Shown in pieces: positions 13,401 through 26,638 of a DNA stretch of 64,000 nt. Where the stretch lies: NCBI GenBank assembly GCA_965113315.1, contig OZ220366.1. One strand, written 5' to 3'. Within the stretch, counting starts at the first letter, position 1, and every line of letters starts with the position of its first letter. This DNA comes from Podarcis vaucheri (lineage: Eukaryota). Both the position numbers and the translations under genes were made by a program. The notes under the pieces were generated by a model. The model saw only the letters and a list, made by a program, of their open reading frames with translations. It was not told where the DNA came from and searched no databases.

Positions 13401-16400
13401 AAGTATGAGGAAAATGAGAACATTCAGTACAAATGCATACAAAATAACTGATAAAATGACCAGGTTGACTGAAGCAGACAGTTATGGGAGGGAGGGAGCC
13501 AAGCCAATGAAATGGGCCATGTTTATAGCTCTCCTATTGAAGTAGCCATGTGGAATGTTTGTTTTATTAAGTTTTTTGTATCCTCATTTTTTATTTTTCT
13601 GTTGTGAATAGCCCTGGGATCTTTGGATGAAGGGCAGTATGCAAATTTAATAAATAATAATAGTAATGGCTGCTGATGAAAACATTATTATTTTATATTA
13701 TTCAAATACAAATTATTATGCAACCAGCTGGCCTAGCATTTTCACAATAATGGCTGTATGGAAAGGTGAATCAGATGCAATTGTCTATTCTTCTTTTTTT
13801 AAAAAATACAACAAGCTTATGTAAAATTATAGTGAAGTTTTAAAGTAAGTTTTGTGTGTTGTGTAAATAGTTTATTGTTTTCTTTGTTTAATGACATCTA
13901 TATAAAAATGTTTGCTGTAGTGTAATATTGCTATAATATTCTTTTAAGGTGGTACGGTGTATCAGCCAGTGACTGTGGTCACACCTCAAGGTCAAGTAGT
14001 GACACAAGCTTTGTCACCTGGAACCATCAGGATCCAGAATTCACAGGTTTGTTTTATATTATAAGCATTTTTTAGTGAAATGTTTAAAAAACATGGTAAT
14101 ATTATGGTGTGTTAGTAACTGCCTGCTACTTCTGAATCTCTGTTCAGCTCCAGTTACAATTAAACCAAGATTTAAGCATCTTGCATCAAGATGACGGGTC
14201 ATCAAAAAATAAAAGAGGAGTTCTTCCAAAGCATGCTACAAATGTGATGAGGTCTTGGCTTTTTCAGCACATAGGGGTAAGGTTGATCACAGTGATTTGG
14301 GAATCACTACTATTCTGATAATTTCTGCTGGTATCTGCATGAGGGGAAAATGTTTTGGCAAAATCTGAAGCTTTTAACTACCTACTCAGAATATATTAAC
14401 TTGGTATATTAGAGTTGAATCAGGCACAAATTCAGTGGATGTCTATTATATAACCTTGTGATCTTAAATTTTAGAGATATTTTTGGTTTTATTACATCAT
14501 GCTGAGGATTTTTTTTAATCCTGTGCTCCCTTGAACAGTAGTCCTTTGAGGGATATATTTATATCTCTGTTAATCTGAACCAGTTCCTAGGGGGCTAGAA
14601 TGCAGTAGCATGTTTCTTTGTGCAGATTGACGTATTAAATGCACTCCATACTCTCAAAAGGGGCCTTGTTAGCTTAGGGTCACACATGTTTCCTGTAATA
14701 CCTACATGCATAGTATGTTACGTTATGATCTGAAAGGTCAGACAAAAGTTTTTACAGGTTTTCTTCTTAATTCACATGTTATATGTACTTTTGTAAAGAA
14801 TTCAGTCCCTTTGGCTGTATGTTTTTGGAGGTGGGGGAGGAACGCTCAACAGGAATGCTCCACAGTCCATGTACTTGTGATCAAATTTATTATACTCAGC
14901 CCCCTCAAATTGTACTGTTTGGGCAGCAGTATTTTCAGCTCTAGCAAATAGAGCAATATATGTAACAAGCTACCAGTGCTGGTGGCTTCATCCAAAGGTA
15001 TTAAAATAACTTGAACTTTCTGCATGGCTAAATGTAATATGTGATCCAGTATTCCCTTTTGAATGACACGGGTGGTGCTGTGGGTTAAACCACAGAGCCT
15101 AGGACTTGCCGATCAGAAGGTTGGCGGTTTGAATCCCTGCGACAGGGTGAGCTCCTGTTGCTTGGTCCCTGCTCCCGCCAACCTAGCAGTTCGAAAGTAC
15201 GTCAAAGTGCAAGTAGATAAATAGGTACCACTCTGGCAGGAAGGTAAACGGCGTTTCTGTGTGATGTTCTGGTTCGCCAGAAGCGGCTTAGTCATGCTGG
15301 CCACATGACCCAGAAGCTGTACGCCGGCTCCCTCAGCCAATAAAGCGAGATGAGCACCGCAACCCCAGAGTCGGCCACGACTGGACTTAATGGTCAGGGG
15401 TCCCTTTATCTTATTCCCTTTTGAACTGTACTGCATAACATCTTATGAAACTACAAGGAGACAAAAATGGGTTTGTATTAATTCTTAACAGTTCCTGATA
15501 AATTACTAGAATTACTATACTAAGTACATTATAGATAGTACTAGAAATAGCTATGTTTCTCTTGTAGGTTTTTAACTGGTAATGCTTTTATTTAACTCCA
15601 CACGGTATTTTATCCCTACCATATGACACAATGTGATAAATCCAGCTTTATCACATGCTGTGTTCCCCAAGGATCATGCCATCTAGCAAGGACAGCTGGG
15701 AGAATAACCCCCTCCCCCACATGGACATTTAAGGATAAAGTTATATTGTTAATTCTTTTTAAAAAATAATGTAGTGGTTAGCCTGGTTATCATTTGAAGG
15801 TTGATGTTGAAGTCCTTTCTGGCTTTCTTTTAGGTTTCATGACTTCACTGGATATTAGAATTGCACAGAGCTAGGTTAAAGATGTTCTGAAGCTAGCACT
15901 TGCCTTCTTTTTTTCCTGGGAGGGAATTTTTTTATTGCACCCATTTAAATAATAAATGCTTGACAGTTTACTATCTACTTCTTCTGTTACTAAGCATTTT
16001 AATAATCTCAGTTTATATTTCACCCAATTACTAATTGTCTTATCAGTTATGCCTAAACTGGGCCAGTAACTGTCAATCAATCAGGGATATCAGCAAAGAT
16101 TGGTCTGCCAGCTATTATGCTGAAAAGATAGGGAATTTAAATTTTCTGTGAGAATTCTGGAAAAAAAATACATTCATTACATCTGGGGGAAACTGGCTAG
16201 TTCATTTTATGATTTCATAAAAGTTAATATAGCAACAAAAAATTGAGACTAAAGGGTTTTTTAAAAAGTACAGAGGAAAAAGAGTATGGAGATCCCTGCA
16301 GGTGACAGAATCCTTGAAGTTATTGTAGATTTCCTTTCCCTTGCAGTCTTTTTCAATTCCTTACCTGTGAATAATTTTTTTCTGGGAACTAGCGCCAGAG

Positions 16401-18962
16401 ACTATAGAAATTGGAGTACTAGGGATGAGAATGCGTTGGTTTTTGTAATAGCAGTGAGTATTTTAAGTTCACAGAAGTAGGAGTCTAAATAATAATGTTC
16501 CTTTCATTATTAGATGATTATCTGTAATCTGTAATCATTATCTGTAATCGGTGTCATAAAATCAACATATTACATAAAACAATGAAAATTTCAATCTACA
16601 CATATGAAATCATTGTGACGTGTGTTGTCAAAAATTAGTTTATCAGGTCAGAAATTATCTAATTAGCATAGAATTAATCCCACACTAAATTGTATTAATT
16701 TTGCTTTATGGTTGCAGATTTTTGTATTGTGCTTATTGCATATCTTTAGCAAGTTCTTACAACTTTTCCATCCCCCTTCCTGTCTGTAGCATCCATATCC
16801 AACAGAGGATGAGAAAAAACAGATAGCAGCACAAACCAATCTAACATTACTTCAGGTTAACAACTGGTAAGATACAACGAATATGCCACTTTTTTGTGTT
16901 ACAAAATTCACCTATGTTGAAAAGTGACATAGAAATATACAGCATTTTCCTTTGGGCTGCTATGTAAAGCTAAAACTGGACGGGATTGATGTAGGGCAGA
17001 GGTGGTCTTGGGCCAGATCCTTACTGGAATCATCCTTGACAAGTGAGTAAGCCACATGATTGACAGGTGTGTTGTCCTGCCCAGCTGTGAGAATACCTTG
17101 TGCAGGATTTGCATTTTGGTACCACTTTATCAGGCTCACGTTCTGTGCTTTGGGAAGATCTGAACAAAGGGCTGGCAAAGTGATTGTTTCCCCACTCCTC
17201 TCCTTTGACAGGACAGGAGTAACAAGGAGCTCCTGGACCAAGCAGAATCACCCTCCCTTCACTTTGACTAATGTTGTGTGGAGGCAGGCGATTCTGCTAA
17301 GCACTGAATTTCAGTATGCCAGAAAGCTCCCTGCAGGGAACTCTCTACCACACCCAAAGGCAGCAGAATCATACTCCCTTTGTATCAGCCAAGTGTGTGT
17401 GTGATCCTGCTTAGCACTGGGCTTTGGTATAGAGAGTCTGATTTTACGGATGTCTTCATAAGATTCATTTTTGGTCATTTTAGGTTTATCAATGCTAGAA
17501 GACGAATTCTTCAGCCAATGTTGGACTCCAGCTGTTCTGAAACTCCAAAAACAAAGAAGAAAACAGCGCAAAACCGACCAGTTCAAAGGTTCTGGCCAGA
17601 CTCCATTGCATCAGGAGTAGCTCAGCATCAATCAAATGAACTTACAATGTCAGATGGTGAGCAGATTCCTCAGCTACTTTATTTACTCTTTGGATGTTTT
17701 AGAGACAAACTGGATGTTTTAGAGACTCTCCTGAGCCTGTCAATTTCGCAAACAGTTTGTATGAATGAAAGGGATGCAATCTCTCTAGTAAAAATAATCC
17801 CTTGACGTAAATGGATTTCAGAGAATTCTAACCCCCAGCTGCTGCTCACACTGTTGAAGGCAGACCAGTTCGGGGCCAGTTTCTTCTTCTGCCGTGCCAG
17901 CTCCAGGCTGGTGCAGCAGGGGGTGGGTCTGAATTGGGCCTCTTTTCTGGCAGTTGGCCTGCTGAGGATCCATCAGATTCATCCCCAGCCCTGCTTCAGC
18001 ACTGGAGCACCCTGTTTGGAGGTCTACACTAGTTACCACCAGTGGGAATACTGCTGGAGGTAACTGCCCAGTCAGCTGTGCTTTCAGCATAGGCATCTGC
18101 AGCCAGTGGAGCCCACCAGAGCCAAGTAGAGGGACACCTCTACCCAGTTGTAGCTCCCTCCATCAGCACTGATCAGGCAATTAGGAACATGCCCTTAGCA
18201 TAGCAGCAGTTCTTCATGGATCATATGATTCATGTGCCAAATTGGATTATTTCTCCCTCCTATGTTCTGGCACCATTCATATAAACAGAGCTCTGTAATG
18301 GCTCATTGTGGTTAAACATTCCTGTGTCTTGTACACACTTTCAGCCTCACACATGTTTATTCAGAAGCAAGTTCCACTTTGTTCACTGGGGCTTTTTCCT
18401 CAAGTAATTGTATATAGAATTGTAGCCTTAAAAATTAACAGCTTTGGGATTGCTTTTCATTGGCAGCCCGATTTTAAAAGCACAAACCCACTGTTTCTTA
18501 AGATAAATGAGAAACGTGTTCCAAAATGTTCAAAACTCAGAAATCTCACTAGACTAAAACTGACATCTCTTGTATGGAAATTACTTGTATGAAGAAAGAT
18601 ATTTCAAATAGCTTATTCAACTTTCATTCACTTTTAATTTTTAGATCTTTGGCTTTCATTAATAGGTTTTTCAGAGTAAGAACTGTGGATTTTGTAAAAG
18701 AATTGAATTGTTGTTCCAACTGGACCCTTGTTTTTCCTCCCCATTCTCAGGAGCCGTTGTAACAATTACAGCCCCAGTCAACATGAATGTAGACAGTCTG
18801 CAATCTCTTTCGTCTGATGGTACTACTTTGGCTGTTCAACAAGTCATGATGGCAGGGCAAAGTGAGGATGAATCTGTGGACAGCACTGAAGATGACGGAG
18901 CAGACCTCTCAACCACAAACATCAGTGGGCTGGTCTTGGATAACAGTGATTCTCTGCAATAG
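4396..18962 (+). CDS. PKNOX1: PBX/knotted 1 homeobox 1 (PREP1), TALE homeodomain factor; 10 coding exons: 4396-4446, 7407-7534, 8741-8912, 10792-10962, 13089-13188, 13949-14046, 14148-14276, 16790-16866, 17484-17656, 18751-18962
   Basis: Exons joined at GT-AG sites give 1311 nt (436 aa + stop): MMATQTLSIDNYQDGQQ...HPLFPLLALLFEKCEQ (MEINOX)...[58 protein letters not shown] (TALE homeodomain)...DNSDSLQ*. Confidence 0.97.
6081..6715. mobile_element. Tc1/mariner (Tc2/pogo-like) MITE with GC-rich internal tandem repeats
   Basis: Perfect 27-bp TIR CCGTATTTTTCGCCCTATAGGACGCAC, TA on both sides. Confidence 0.85.
7407..7534 (+). CDS. PKNOX1: PKNOX1 coding exon 2
   Basis: MQVVTELKTEQDPNC...DKQAIYR; CAGCAG acceptor, GT donor. 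Confidence 0.93.
8741..8912 (+). CDS. PKNOX1: PKNOX1 coding exon 3
   Basis: HPLFPLLALLFEKCEQSTQG...EDPETDNL; AG/GTAAG. Confidence 0.95.
9620..9949. mobile_element. GC-rich hAT-type MITE
   Basis: CAGGGGTGTAG...CTACGCCCCTG; TSD GCTTATAC/GCTTCTAC. Confidence 0.72.
10792..10962 (+). CDS. PKNOX1: PKNOX1 coding exon 4
   Basis: [26 protein letters not shown]...SPVQPQ; AG/GT. Confidence 0.95.
13089..13188 (+). CDS. PKNOX1: PKNOX1 coding exon 5
   Basis: PIQSAITGTLSPQGIMVPASALQQGNVTMATVA; AG/GT. Confidence 0.92.
13949..14046 (+). CDS. PKNOX1: PKNOX1 coding exon 6
   Basis: GGTVYQPVTVVTPQGQVVTQALSPGTIRIQNSQ; AG/GT. Confidence 0.93.
14148..14276 (+). CDS. PKNOX1: PKNOX1 coding exon 7
   Basis: [45 protein letters not shown]/GTAAG. 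Confidence 0.95.
15064..15411 (+). mobile_element. Sauria SINE
   Basis: tRNA-derived head GGTGGTGCTGTGGGTTAAACC...GGTTTGAATCCC, body GCAAGTAGATAAATAGGTACC, 14-bp TSD TATTCCCTTTTGAA (15050-15063 / 15412-15425). Confidence 0.88.
16790..16866 (+). CDS. PKNOX1: PKNOX1 coding exon 8
   Basis: [28 protein letters not shown]/GTAAG. Confidence 0.95.
17484..17656 (+). CDS. PKNOX1: PKNOX1 coding exon 9
   Basis: [22 protein letters not shown]...ELTMSD; AG/GTGAG. Confidence 0.95.
18751..18962 (+). CDS. PKNOX1: PKNOX1 last coding exon
   Basis: AVVTITAPVNMNVDSLQSLSSDG...DNSDSLQ then TAG. Confidence 0.95.
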
Positions 18963-20463
18963 GAAGCAAGAGAATCTGGCCTAAATATATAGGAGAAACA
19001 ATAGACTGACTGACTTTTTATAGTTTGCACAGCAAACATTTTACACAAGTTTTATTTCTAATATGTTTTATATGTAGATATAGAAGAGTGCACTTTTTGT
19101 ATTTCATAGTCGGCTTAAAGAGTGTCTTTACAGGTGCAGCAACTTCTTTCAAATGTGTTGTTTTTGGTTTTGGTTTTGAAATTCTAGTAATTTAAGAGAG
19201 AGAGAGAGAAAACATAATCACCCCATTATTTTCTCAGGGTAATTTTTTCACTCACAAAATTGATCCCAGATTCCCCTAATAAGGGAATGGGGGGGGTCAT
19301 GGGACTGCAGTCCTGGGGGAAAGATGATGGATGCCTCGCGGGTGAGTTAACTTTACATTAGCATGGGTTTAAATATATACCCATCACACAATCATCATCT
19401 TACTCAATGGTTGCTGTTGTCTATCATCTCTGCTGCAGTTTTGTGACATATGAAATTGCCCTGGTGGGAGAATTTGAAAGTACTTCAGTCTCCTGGAGAG
19501 TTATGCAATTAGTCCTGTCATTTTAAGATTACTCTAGGTGGTTTAACAATGTAAATGTAAAGCATGTCAGACTAGTGTTTGGGATTTGTTTATGAAGTTA
19601 GCCATGTAGATTTGAAAGATGCTTCTGCACCTTAAAAAAAAAACCTGCCAGTCTGAAATGGGCAACAAAACACATAAAAGAAAGTGGAAACGTGTGAGTC
19701 AGTAACGAATGTATGGCATTTAAAATGAACTTAATTTCTCATTTAGTTGTTCGGTGGAAACCGTAGATTCCCCCTGTACCTTTGGATTTTGTCACTGACA
19801 CAGCTGCTACTTGTCGTTTTATCCACCAGCCCTGTGGCATGCTGGAATCCTACTTGAAATATGTGGGGTTGCGATAGCGGGGAGGGCAACAAAGGAACTG
19901 GAATGGGCAAAAGAAACAGTGAGTGTCCCAATTCAGTGGTAGATTTAATGGTACAAGGGGGATTTCTGGATTGCAACTTAGCAGCTCTACTCATAGCTAG
20001 TGAGTCTGTTCATAATTTGCTATAAAACACTTATTTTTACCTTATCAGGTTATCGGAGTAAAATATTTTTATAAATTCTCTAAGAATTGGGATGATGACT
20101 GTATTGAGCATGAGAAAAATGTTTAGTACTCCTATTTGGAAGGTTATGAAAACAGTCCAAATTGAATAAACATGCCTATGTCATATTCTATGGATCTCTG
20201 CTATCCCATAGTGGTACAGCCTATTGTGGCATAAAGTGGTGATGTGAGAAGGACCCAGTCCCTAATGGGGTCTTGGTTATTGTTAAGCATTGATTTGTGT
20301 TCCGTATAAACTAATGTTACATTTCAGTCTATATCGAAACCTGTTTCTCAAGTGATTTGATAAATCGGTATGCATAGGGAGTAAAAACCCAAAATCTTGC
20401 CTTATAATCAAGATAAAATCTATAGCAGTACACACTTCGTACCTGTTGACAGAACATGGATAT

Positions 20464-20800
20464 TAATAATAATAATAATAATAAATTTTATTTATATCCC
20501 GCCCTCCCCAGCCGAAGCCGGGCTCAGGGCGGCTAACAACAATAAAAATAGTTCAACATTCTAAAACATTCATTATAACATTAATTAAATCAAATTAAAA
20601 TCAAATTAATGGCAACCATCAAGCAAATTTTTGTGCAGATTGCCAGAGGAGGGGGTCAGGCTGCGCCCTGACAAAAGGCCTGGTGGAACAGCTCTGTCTT
20701 GCAGGCCCTGCGGAAGGCCCTGAACTGCGATACATCTGTCTTGCAGATGTCTTGCAGCTCTGTCTTGCAGGCCCTGTCTTGCAGGCCCTGAACTGCGATA
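20464..20800 (-). mobile_element. 3' fragment of a LINE (L2-like) with (ATT)n tail
   Basis: Minus strand reads TGTTAGCCGCCCTGAGCCCGGCTTCGGCTGGGGAGGGCGGGATATAAAT followed by a short-repeat tail. Confidence 0.5.
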
Positions 20801-23800
20801 CATCTTTCCCCCACACTATTGCCACTTCTCAATTGTTTTTATAGCCAAAGTATGTGATAAGGTTAAGATAAAAATGAATTTCTCAAGCACAACCATACTT
20901 GCACAATCTCAACAATGCTTCACCATACTAACTATACCATTCAGCACTCAAAAATAGTGATGATAAATTAGCCTTCACCATAAATGTCATTAGCTCCCCA
21001 CCCCATACCTCTTGAATTTGTTTATAGTCTTGTGTGTAGTGCCGTTGACACTACCGGGAGTTGGTATTTTCCCATTGCTTGCTTTAGATAATAGGCCCTG
21101 GGGGCTTGGTTAGCTATTTGGAGGAACTGGGTGGCGTTATCTGCACCAACAAAATCCAGATTTATCTCTAGCTGAATGTGATAAATTAACTTGGTTGGAA
21201 GTCCTGATTCTACGAAGCCTTCAAAGAATTTGTTTCCCTGGGGTTTTGGGGTGGGCTTTAAAAAGAGTTGGTACCTCTCCACTAGCCCTGTTTTCCTGTA
21301 TAGTCTGAAGTTGGGAAGAACAAATCACATTTTTATTCTGTTACCTGTAGGCTATATCAGACCCAATCCAAATGTTATGGTGACAGCATGGCTCTATCTA
21401 CTTGATAGAGGTTCTTTTACGATCCATAATCAATTTCCCACAAACATGGCCTGGGTGAGTAATGTCTCTACGCCATCATTATTTGCCTGTCCAGGTAGCT
21501 TAGCACTGGTATAGACAGCACAAGATCTGAGATGTTATGTTAACCAGCCCCTACTATACAGAAGTGTTGTTTTTTTCATTGACAACCACACTACTACAAT
21601 GCTCAAATAGACCCACTTTACAGAGTACATGTCTTATTTTTATCTCATATTCCATAGGTACTCTCCTGATCACCAGATAAGCAAGGCAGCAGACAGAGGT
21701 TGACAAGAGTGCTGTGATCTCCATAGCCTCACAAGGGGAGGAAAAAGACAGCTTTAGAAAGCTACGAATACAAAGCAAGGAGACAGCCGAGAGATGACAA
21801 CCTTAGATCAAGAATGTACTGAAACACTTTGCATAAAGCCTAGATAGACACCACACTCACTTTTACAGTTGTGTGAAAGTTGGGTTAACCCATAATTTCT
21901 CTTTCATGCTTTTTGAAATTTTCTGAACAGTGTTAAGATGTGGAAAAATGTTTACAAGGGGTTTGTTTGGGGAAACATTAGTATAATGTAGCAAGTTTAT
22001 ATAGGAATAATACCAGGCCTCATTAAAACCACAACATTTAAACACCACCACTGAAAGAACTAATGAAATGCAACAAACATTTGTGCATCTGAACGTACCA
22101 TAGCTCAATGGTAGTCTGTTCATTGTGTTTTATTGGCTTTAAAATAGTTACCTAGGATAGCACCCTTTCTTGACTTTTTTCAGTAGCACTTCATACAACC
22201 CCCCTTTTTTCTTATACAAAAACATTTCCCTGTTTTAGCTGCATATTTCCACACTCTCTGATATTAGAAAGTGTTAGCAAGAGATAGACCCAAAGCAACA
22301 TTTTCTTTTCATTTGTAAAACGCCTAGACTCGAAATGCTTGTGATGTAATTCAGAGCAAAAGCAGGCTTTCTGAAAGTAAAGGGGATTTGGGGCAAAGGC
22401 ATGTCGAATGGAGTACCCAAGACATATTTGCAAGTGGTAGATTGTGGCCATTTTAAGTAAAAGACAGAGGGCAGTTGCAGCTCACATTTGGATCTGCTCT
22501 CACCCTTTTGGGTCCCCCCCCCCAGTTTGGGCTGTAGGGATTAAAACCACTGTGATGGACTACCTGCATGCAAACAGTTTACTGTGCAAAGTATTTTCCA
22601 CATGACATGAGTTTATATTGGCCACTGTATGCCCTTTTAAAATACAAATCAGCCAAATGCTGTTGAATTTCAAAGAGAGGCCTCCCCTGTATGCAGGGTT
22701 ATTTAACAAAAGGAAACCAAACCATTCTTCATTTATTTCATAGCCTCTGAAGTATATATTTTAATGTTAAATTCATTTGCACATGTCTGTTCTCACAGCC
22801 ATGGTTAACAGATCTAGAAATGTCAAAATTGGAGCATGCCAGCCTGTAACTAATATGCTGTGACTTCTGTGAAGACAAAACAACCCCACATTAAGCAAAT
22901 CATCAGTATCTTTGGGATGGATATTAGTTTGATGGTTCTGGGTTTGGACTCCAACTTTCTGCTGAGTTCTGGACATGGGTCTTCTACCCTTCAGCACAAG
23001 CAAATTCTTGATATACCTGAAACTGGGAGGTGGCAAATGCTCTGCCTTTCTTTGCTGAGTTGTGTTTTTGTTTAGTTTCATTGCAGTTGGTTGGAACAGT
23101 TATAACAGCACTGAGCTAGAAATTGCAGCTCTGCCCAGATACCTTGAAACTTTCTCTTATCCACAGAAATGTTTGGAAAAGCATTGCTGGACTTAAGAAG
23201 AATTTAAACTCTTCAAAACTTGATATCCAAATATGTGCGAGCTAAGTAATCATTTTCAATCATCGCATTAGATGAATGAGTTTATTTTGATGTGTCTTAT
23301 AATGGTGCTATTATTTATGACTGGTGTATGTATTGGCATCCTTCTCCTGAGATGGTAAACTGATCCACCAAAACAGAATGGTATTCTAGTTTTACTCAAA
23401 GTCGAACTTTATGAAATAAATGGACCTACCTTAGTCATCATGTCCTTACCTTCAACAGGTCTCCTCTGAGTAAAGCTCAGTTGAATGCCACACACGGTTA
23501 AGAAAAATAAACTCTGCAGTAGGTGTCCAGAACTAGCTGTATGCTTGCTATGCCATTAATGTGCAAAAAACAGGGCAGAAGACTTGAGCTGTGTTTTTGG
23601 GATAGCACTGTAGCCCGGCCATGTATGGTCAAAAGGACATGTTTTAAAAATTCTTGTAGTACAAGAGAAAGGTACAAAAGATGTTTTGGGATTTCCAGTT
23701 CAACTGTAGGAAAGTTAGTATCACTTTAATGAGGTAGTATCTCTACAAGGAACCCAGAAGTGGACCACTAATCCAGGATTCATGATGAGATTCAGGCTGC

Positions 23801-24890
23801 ATCAGCCAATCATGGTGTGTTCAATTACATGCATCACATTTGGTAGAAATGTGCTAAGCATCCATTTCTCAATACTTAATGTGCTTTACTTTCTCTTTGA
23901 AACATATTGGATGTTACTGATGATTGGAATGCCATTACAAGTGGAAGTAGATTGTGTTTACCAAAACCAAATTACATTTTCTTAAACTTGTTTAACATTT
24001 TGAGGAGACTTTTGCTTCAGTGACAACTAGAAAAGGCTTTTGACTGTGTGTGTGGTTCCAACTCATTCATATGCCCACTTCTTTGGATTGTGGCTATTAT
24101 ATAGGTCAATGACAACTGCTTTTACAAGTGCTTGTCTGCCTGTGATAACAGCATTATACAAAGTAGACTTAAATATTGGTTTGTTGATGCAGGAAATACA
24201 AAGGAAAGCACGCTAGACTTTGAGGTCCATAACCTACGTAGGATGAATGATTATGGGTTTTGTCTGCAAAATAAGTCATTGGATCCCCATTTCTAAAAAA
24301 AAGTTATAGTATCTAATCCTTATGTTTTGGGTACTTCCCATTTGTTAGAGTCTATGTATTTTGGCAGAGAGAAAAAACATGTCTTCAGTTGTATCAGGAA
24401 ATATTTTATCTTCATAACTGACAATCTTTAAAATCTAAACTCTGATAAACCTAGTTGTTCAGTTTGTTTTGTCATTTAATGAAATATTTGAACCAGCATG
24501 GCAAAATAATTATGATTCATCAATGTGTTTTACATGAAACCTCTGAACTCAAAGCATGATTTCTTCACTTTGTGTTTTAAAAGTAAAGTTTCACATTGCT
24601 TTAATTAAGGTCAATTGTCACATTACTGTGTTCCTGTTTCAATACTCTATAATGCAGATATCAATTTTGTTTTTCTTTTATACATCAGTTTTCTTTAGAA
24701 ATCCTTCCCCAGGTCTTTAAGTTGGAAAATATTTTGCATGTTTCTTTACACAAGTCATTATTTAGATTATAGGAGCAAAAATGCAACATTCTTACTGATC
24801 TGGGAATGTTGTGTTTTTAACTGTAGACAAGCTTAACGAAAAGCTATGCAATGAATTAGTTCAAAATATTTTCTCTCTTTGTTGTTCTGA

Positions 24891-24896
24891 AATAAA
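24891..24896 (+). terminator. candidate distal polyadenylation signal of PKNOX1 (would imply ~5.9 kb 3' UTR)
   Basis: AATAAA at the end of a long AT-rich stretch downstream of the stop; no transcript evidence. Confidence 0.35.
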
Positions 24897-25405
24897 AGTA
24901 AAAGGGAAATCAAACTTTTAAGTCCTTTAAAAAGACCATTTAGAAGGTCCTATCCCATCCCAAGCTAGTTTAAAATTTCCAGTTAGGATCATAATAGGGC
25001 AATCTTATGCTAAACTCAGAAGTTAAGCCCCAGTGAGTTTAATGACACCACCTGGTAATTGTGTATGATTTCAGGCACAATATTTGTAGAATACTGACTC
25101 CCAAGAGAAATGGTAGTAGCTATGTGGATAAAATATTGGAACAGAATACTCTTATGGGGCCTGTTACTAAGATACTTGAGAGTCACTGCTTACTGAACAT
25201 TTGTGCAGATGCAGCACTGAGAATCAAATGCTCTTGCTTTTAAAATTTTATTTCTTTGTCATAGATAGCTTGTTTAATATTGTAATACTATATTTGCACT
25301 ACTCCATCACCGTGCTGACCCAACTGGGGGATCTGTAGCCTCCTGGATTTTCATGAAGGCAGGGCAGGGGCATAAAAGAGAAGGCAGGTTACACAACAGC
25401 CGTGG

Positions 25406-25807
25406 TTGCGTGGCTAATCCCTCCCCCCCCCATGGTGAAATAAATAAAGACGCTGGACACAGAATTAAGGTTAATGGGCGTAAATGGCCACAACTTTATT
25501 GATTACAGGTAAGAAGGGTATTGGCTTTAGGCATTGGCCCCTAACCGTCTATCCGGTCTGACCGGGAAGGGTTAAACACCAGCAGGGGGAGCCACCCGAG
25601 ATGCGTATCCCTAGGCGCTCCCCGAGGGGTTACCGCTCGGGGGCGCGCTTTAGGCCCTAGCCTCCGTAGGTTTCGGACGAGGCGTCGCCCCTCGGAGTCC
25701 TTTAACGAACTACCCTTCAAGCATTGGGGGAGGTGATGGCGTTCCTCCCCCCCAACCTCATTTGCATGACACTACATTAGAATACCCCCGGCCAATGCCT
25801 ACCGCCA
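25406..25807 (-). repeat. Ngaro terminal repeat B2 (402 bp)
   Basis: Direct copy of 26205-26605. Confidence 0.92.
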
Positions 25808-25973
25808 AACCCAAGGGAGTTGTGACGATTTGCTACGAGGTAGGCGAAAAAACCAAGTGGCACCGAAAACCAGCCAATTTGCCAAATGGAAAAACTCCTA
25901 CCAGGCCCCTTGCGGCGACCAGCCGAAGCCCATAGCAAAGTCAGTGGCAAGACCTAAAGGGAGGGTGGGTGGG

Positions 25974-26207
25974 AAACCGCGTCGGCTGCTAGGGGAAAAG
26001 GGGCGAGCCCCAGGGCTGCCCCGACCTTAAGTGGCCTCTGGGAGGCCCCGCCCCTGCCGCCAGCTGATTGGCTGGCGCTGCGGGGGGATGGATGCAAACT
26101 AAGGGATTTCCTGACCCCGCGAGGCTGGCGCCAGCCTCGCGGGAGTGAGAGTGGGCGGGGTCGTGAGCCCGCAACCCCCCCTCCTCCTGAGTTCGGAATG
26201 GGCATTG
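25974..26207 (-). repeat. Ngaro repeat A2 (234 bp)
   Basis: No differences seen versus 32969-33202. Confidence 0.92.
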
Positions 26208-26605
26208 CGTGGCTAATCCCTCCCCCCCCATGGTGAAATAAATAAAGACGCTGGACACAGAATTAAGGTTAATGGGCGTAAATGGCCACAACTTTATTGA
26301 TTACAGGTAAGAAGGGTATTGGCTTTAGGCATTGGCCCCTAACCGTCTATCCGGTCTGACCGGGAAGGGTTAAACACCAGCAGGGGGAGCCACCCGAGAT
26401 GCGTATCCCTAGGCGCTCCCCGAGGGGTTACCGCTCGGGGGCGCGCTTTAGGCCCTAGCCTCCGTAGGTTTCGGACGAGGCGTCGCCCCTCGGAGTCCTT
26501 TAACGAACTACCCTTCAAGCATTGGGGGAGGTGATGGCGTTCCTCCCCCCCAACCTCATTTGCATGACACTACATTAGAATACCCCCGGCCAATGCCTAC
26601 CGCCA
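26205..26605 (-). repeat. Ngaro repeat B1 (401 bp)
   Basis: Matches 25406-25807 apart from one C in a homopolymer; carries AATAAA on the - strand (26293-26298). Confidence 0.92.
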
Positions 26606-26638
26606 CCCGAGCCGTAAGCCGGCTCGCCGCCAATACCC

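Noticed and set aside
25406-26605. 400-bp near-perfect duplication as an assembly artefact
   Set aside because: Together with the 234-bp A pair it forms the A1...B1-A2-B2 split-direct-repeat layout expected for Ngaro/PAT elements, with a consistent TTG junction
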